DNA of 32,000 nt from Granulicatella balaenopterae (GTDB lineage Bacteria > Bacillota > Bacilli > Lactobacillales > Aerococcaceae). The position numbers and the translations under genes were made by a program. The stretch lies in NCBI RefSeq assembly GCF_900111135.1, contig NZ_FOGF01000015.1:1-32000 (forward strand), written 5' to 3'. Below are positions 30,946 through 32,000 of the stretch, piece by piece; within the stretch, counting starts at the first letter, position 1, and every line of letters starts with the position of its first letter. Under the pieces are notes generated by a model. The model had not been told where the DNA came from. It made no database searches and worked only from the letters and a program-made list of their open reading frames with translations.

Positions 30946-32000
30946 CTATAAAAAGCTCATCGGTTCGACATCAATCGAGACCGTCACTTTATTAGCGGTT
31001 GTTTGTTGGGTTTGAAGCATCAATTCATTTAATGCTCGAGTTAATTGTGGTTCTCTTTTATATTTAATTAATATTTGGAAATAATAGCGCTTATTAATGC
31101 GGGCAATCGATTTAGGTGTTGGTCCTAAAAGAATCGTCTGTCCTGTTAATATCTGTTCCAAATACTGTCTAATCTTAACAGCTTCACGCAAAGCTAGGCC
31201 TTCTTCTTCACTAGAGACAGTAATCATCGTAGTAAAGACATATGGCGGATAATTCCCCATATGACGTACTTGCATCTCTCTAGCATAAAATTCACGATAA
31301 TTATGACTTTTGGCTAGTTGGATGGCATAATTTTCTGGGTTAAAACTTTGAATCATGACTTCCCCTGCTAAATCTCCTCGACCTGCACGCCCGGCTACTT
31401 GCGTTAATAACTGGAATGTCCGCTCAAAAGAACGAAAATCAGGAATATTCAAACTCGTATCAGCATTAATAACCCCCACTAATGTCACATTTGGGAAATC
31501 AAGTCCCTTAGCAATCATTTGCGTTCCCAGTAAAATATCCGCCTGATTTGAACCGAATTTATTCAATAAAGCTTCATGTTGCCCTTTTTTACGAGTTGTA
31601 TCAACATCCATACGAATAATGCGTGCTTCTGGGAATAATTCTTGTAATTCTTCTTCTACTTTTTGTGTCCCTGTTCCGTAATAACGAATCTGATTTTCAA
31701 AACATTTTGGACAGCGACGGGGAATATTGGTCTCAAAGCCACAATAATGACACTTCATTTGATGGACGTCCATATGTAAAGTTAGTGAAATATCACAATT
31801 GGGACATTCCAAGACATAACCACAATCACGACACATCACAAAAGAGGAATAACCACGACGATTCAGTAATAAGACAGTTTGTTCTTTTTTATCTAAGCGG
31901 TCTTTTATCGCCTCTTGCAATTCCAATGAGAATGTCCCACGATTTTTTGAATATTCTTGCTTCATATCAATGATTTTAACTTCTGGTAAGGGTTGATCCT
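30946..32000 (-). CDS. priA: Primosomal protein N' (PriA helicase), C-terminal ~350 aa; 5' end lies beyond the window
   Basis: The reading frame stays open upstream of the ORF-track Met: 31966..32000 translates as DQPLPEVKIID before MKQEY. Zinc-binding Cys clusters CRDCGYVLECPNC...CHYCG...CPKC and helicase motif QVAGRAGRG are present. Confidence 0.93.
   Translation of the reverse strand, partial: DQPLPEVKIIDMKQEYSKNRGTFSLELQEAIKDRLDKKEQTVLLLNRRGYSSFVMCRDCGYVLECPNCDISLTLHMDVHQMKCHYCGFETNIPRRCPKCFENQIRYYGTGTQKVEEELQELFPEARIIRMDVDTTRKKGQHEALLNKFGSNQADILLGTQMIAKGLDFPNVTLVGVINADTSLNIPDFRSFERTFQLLTQVAGRAGRGDLAGEVMIQSFNPENYAIQLAKSHNYREFYAREMQVRHMGNYPPYVFTTMITVSSEEEGLALREAVKIRQYLEQILTGQTILLGPTPKSIARINKRYYFQILIKYKREPQLTRALNELMLQTQQTTANKVTVSIDVEPMSFL

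Overview
AT-rich Bacillota window. The gene order resembles streptococci and other Lactobacillales, and almost everything is on the minus strand. The right end (25.8-32 kb) is a conserved housekeeping operon: priA (5' end outside the window), fmt, rsmB, a PP2C phosphatase (stp) and a PASTA Ser/Thr kinase (prkC/stkP). It ends at a clean terminator. The remaining ~25 kb is an accessory surface and colonisation block with no mobility genes, tRNAs or CRISPR. It contains: (i) a CAMP-factor family secreted pore-forming toxin homologue; (ii) a secreted protein with choline/cell-wall-binding repeats and a C-terminal YvpB/C39-like cysteine peptidase; (iii) a complete Gram-positive type IV pilus (T4P) locus. 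The T4P machinery operon is pilD-pilM-pilN-pilO-(228 nt gap)-pilB-pilT-pilC. Downstream of it lies an array of five pilin paralogues plus one pilin pseudogene, most with their own extended -10 promoters. Upstream lies a divergent module of four minor-pilin-like genes. The most striking element is a 2,409-aa ORF (14779..22008) convergent with the minor-pilin operon. Its N-terminus is a canonical prepilin class III signal (RRKKG|YSLAELL plus a hydrophobic helix). The rest is built from GLUG-like beta-helix repeat blocks, so it looks like a giant modular pilin or tip adhesin. Secondary oddities include a PilB N-terminus matching the MshEN c-di-GMP-binding motif pair and a minor pilin with a 64-aa repeat-bearing leader. 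There are also two Glu5-less pilin-like proteins, a pilin paralogue that has lost the Gly-1 cleavage residue, and a pilin with an extra C-terminal module. All family assignments come from motifs read by eye and from memory of the families. No database search was run.
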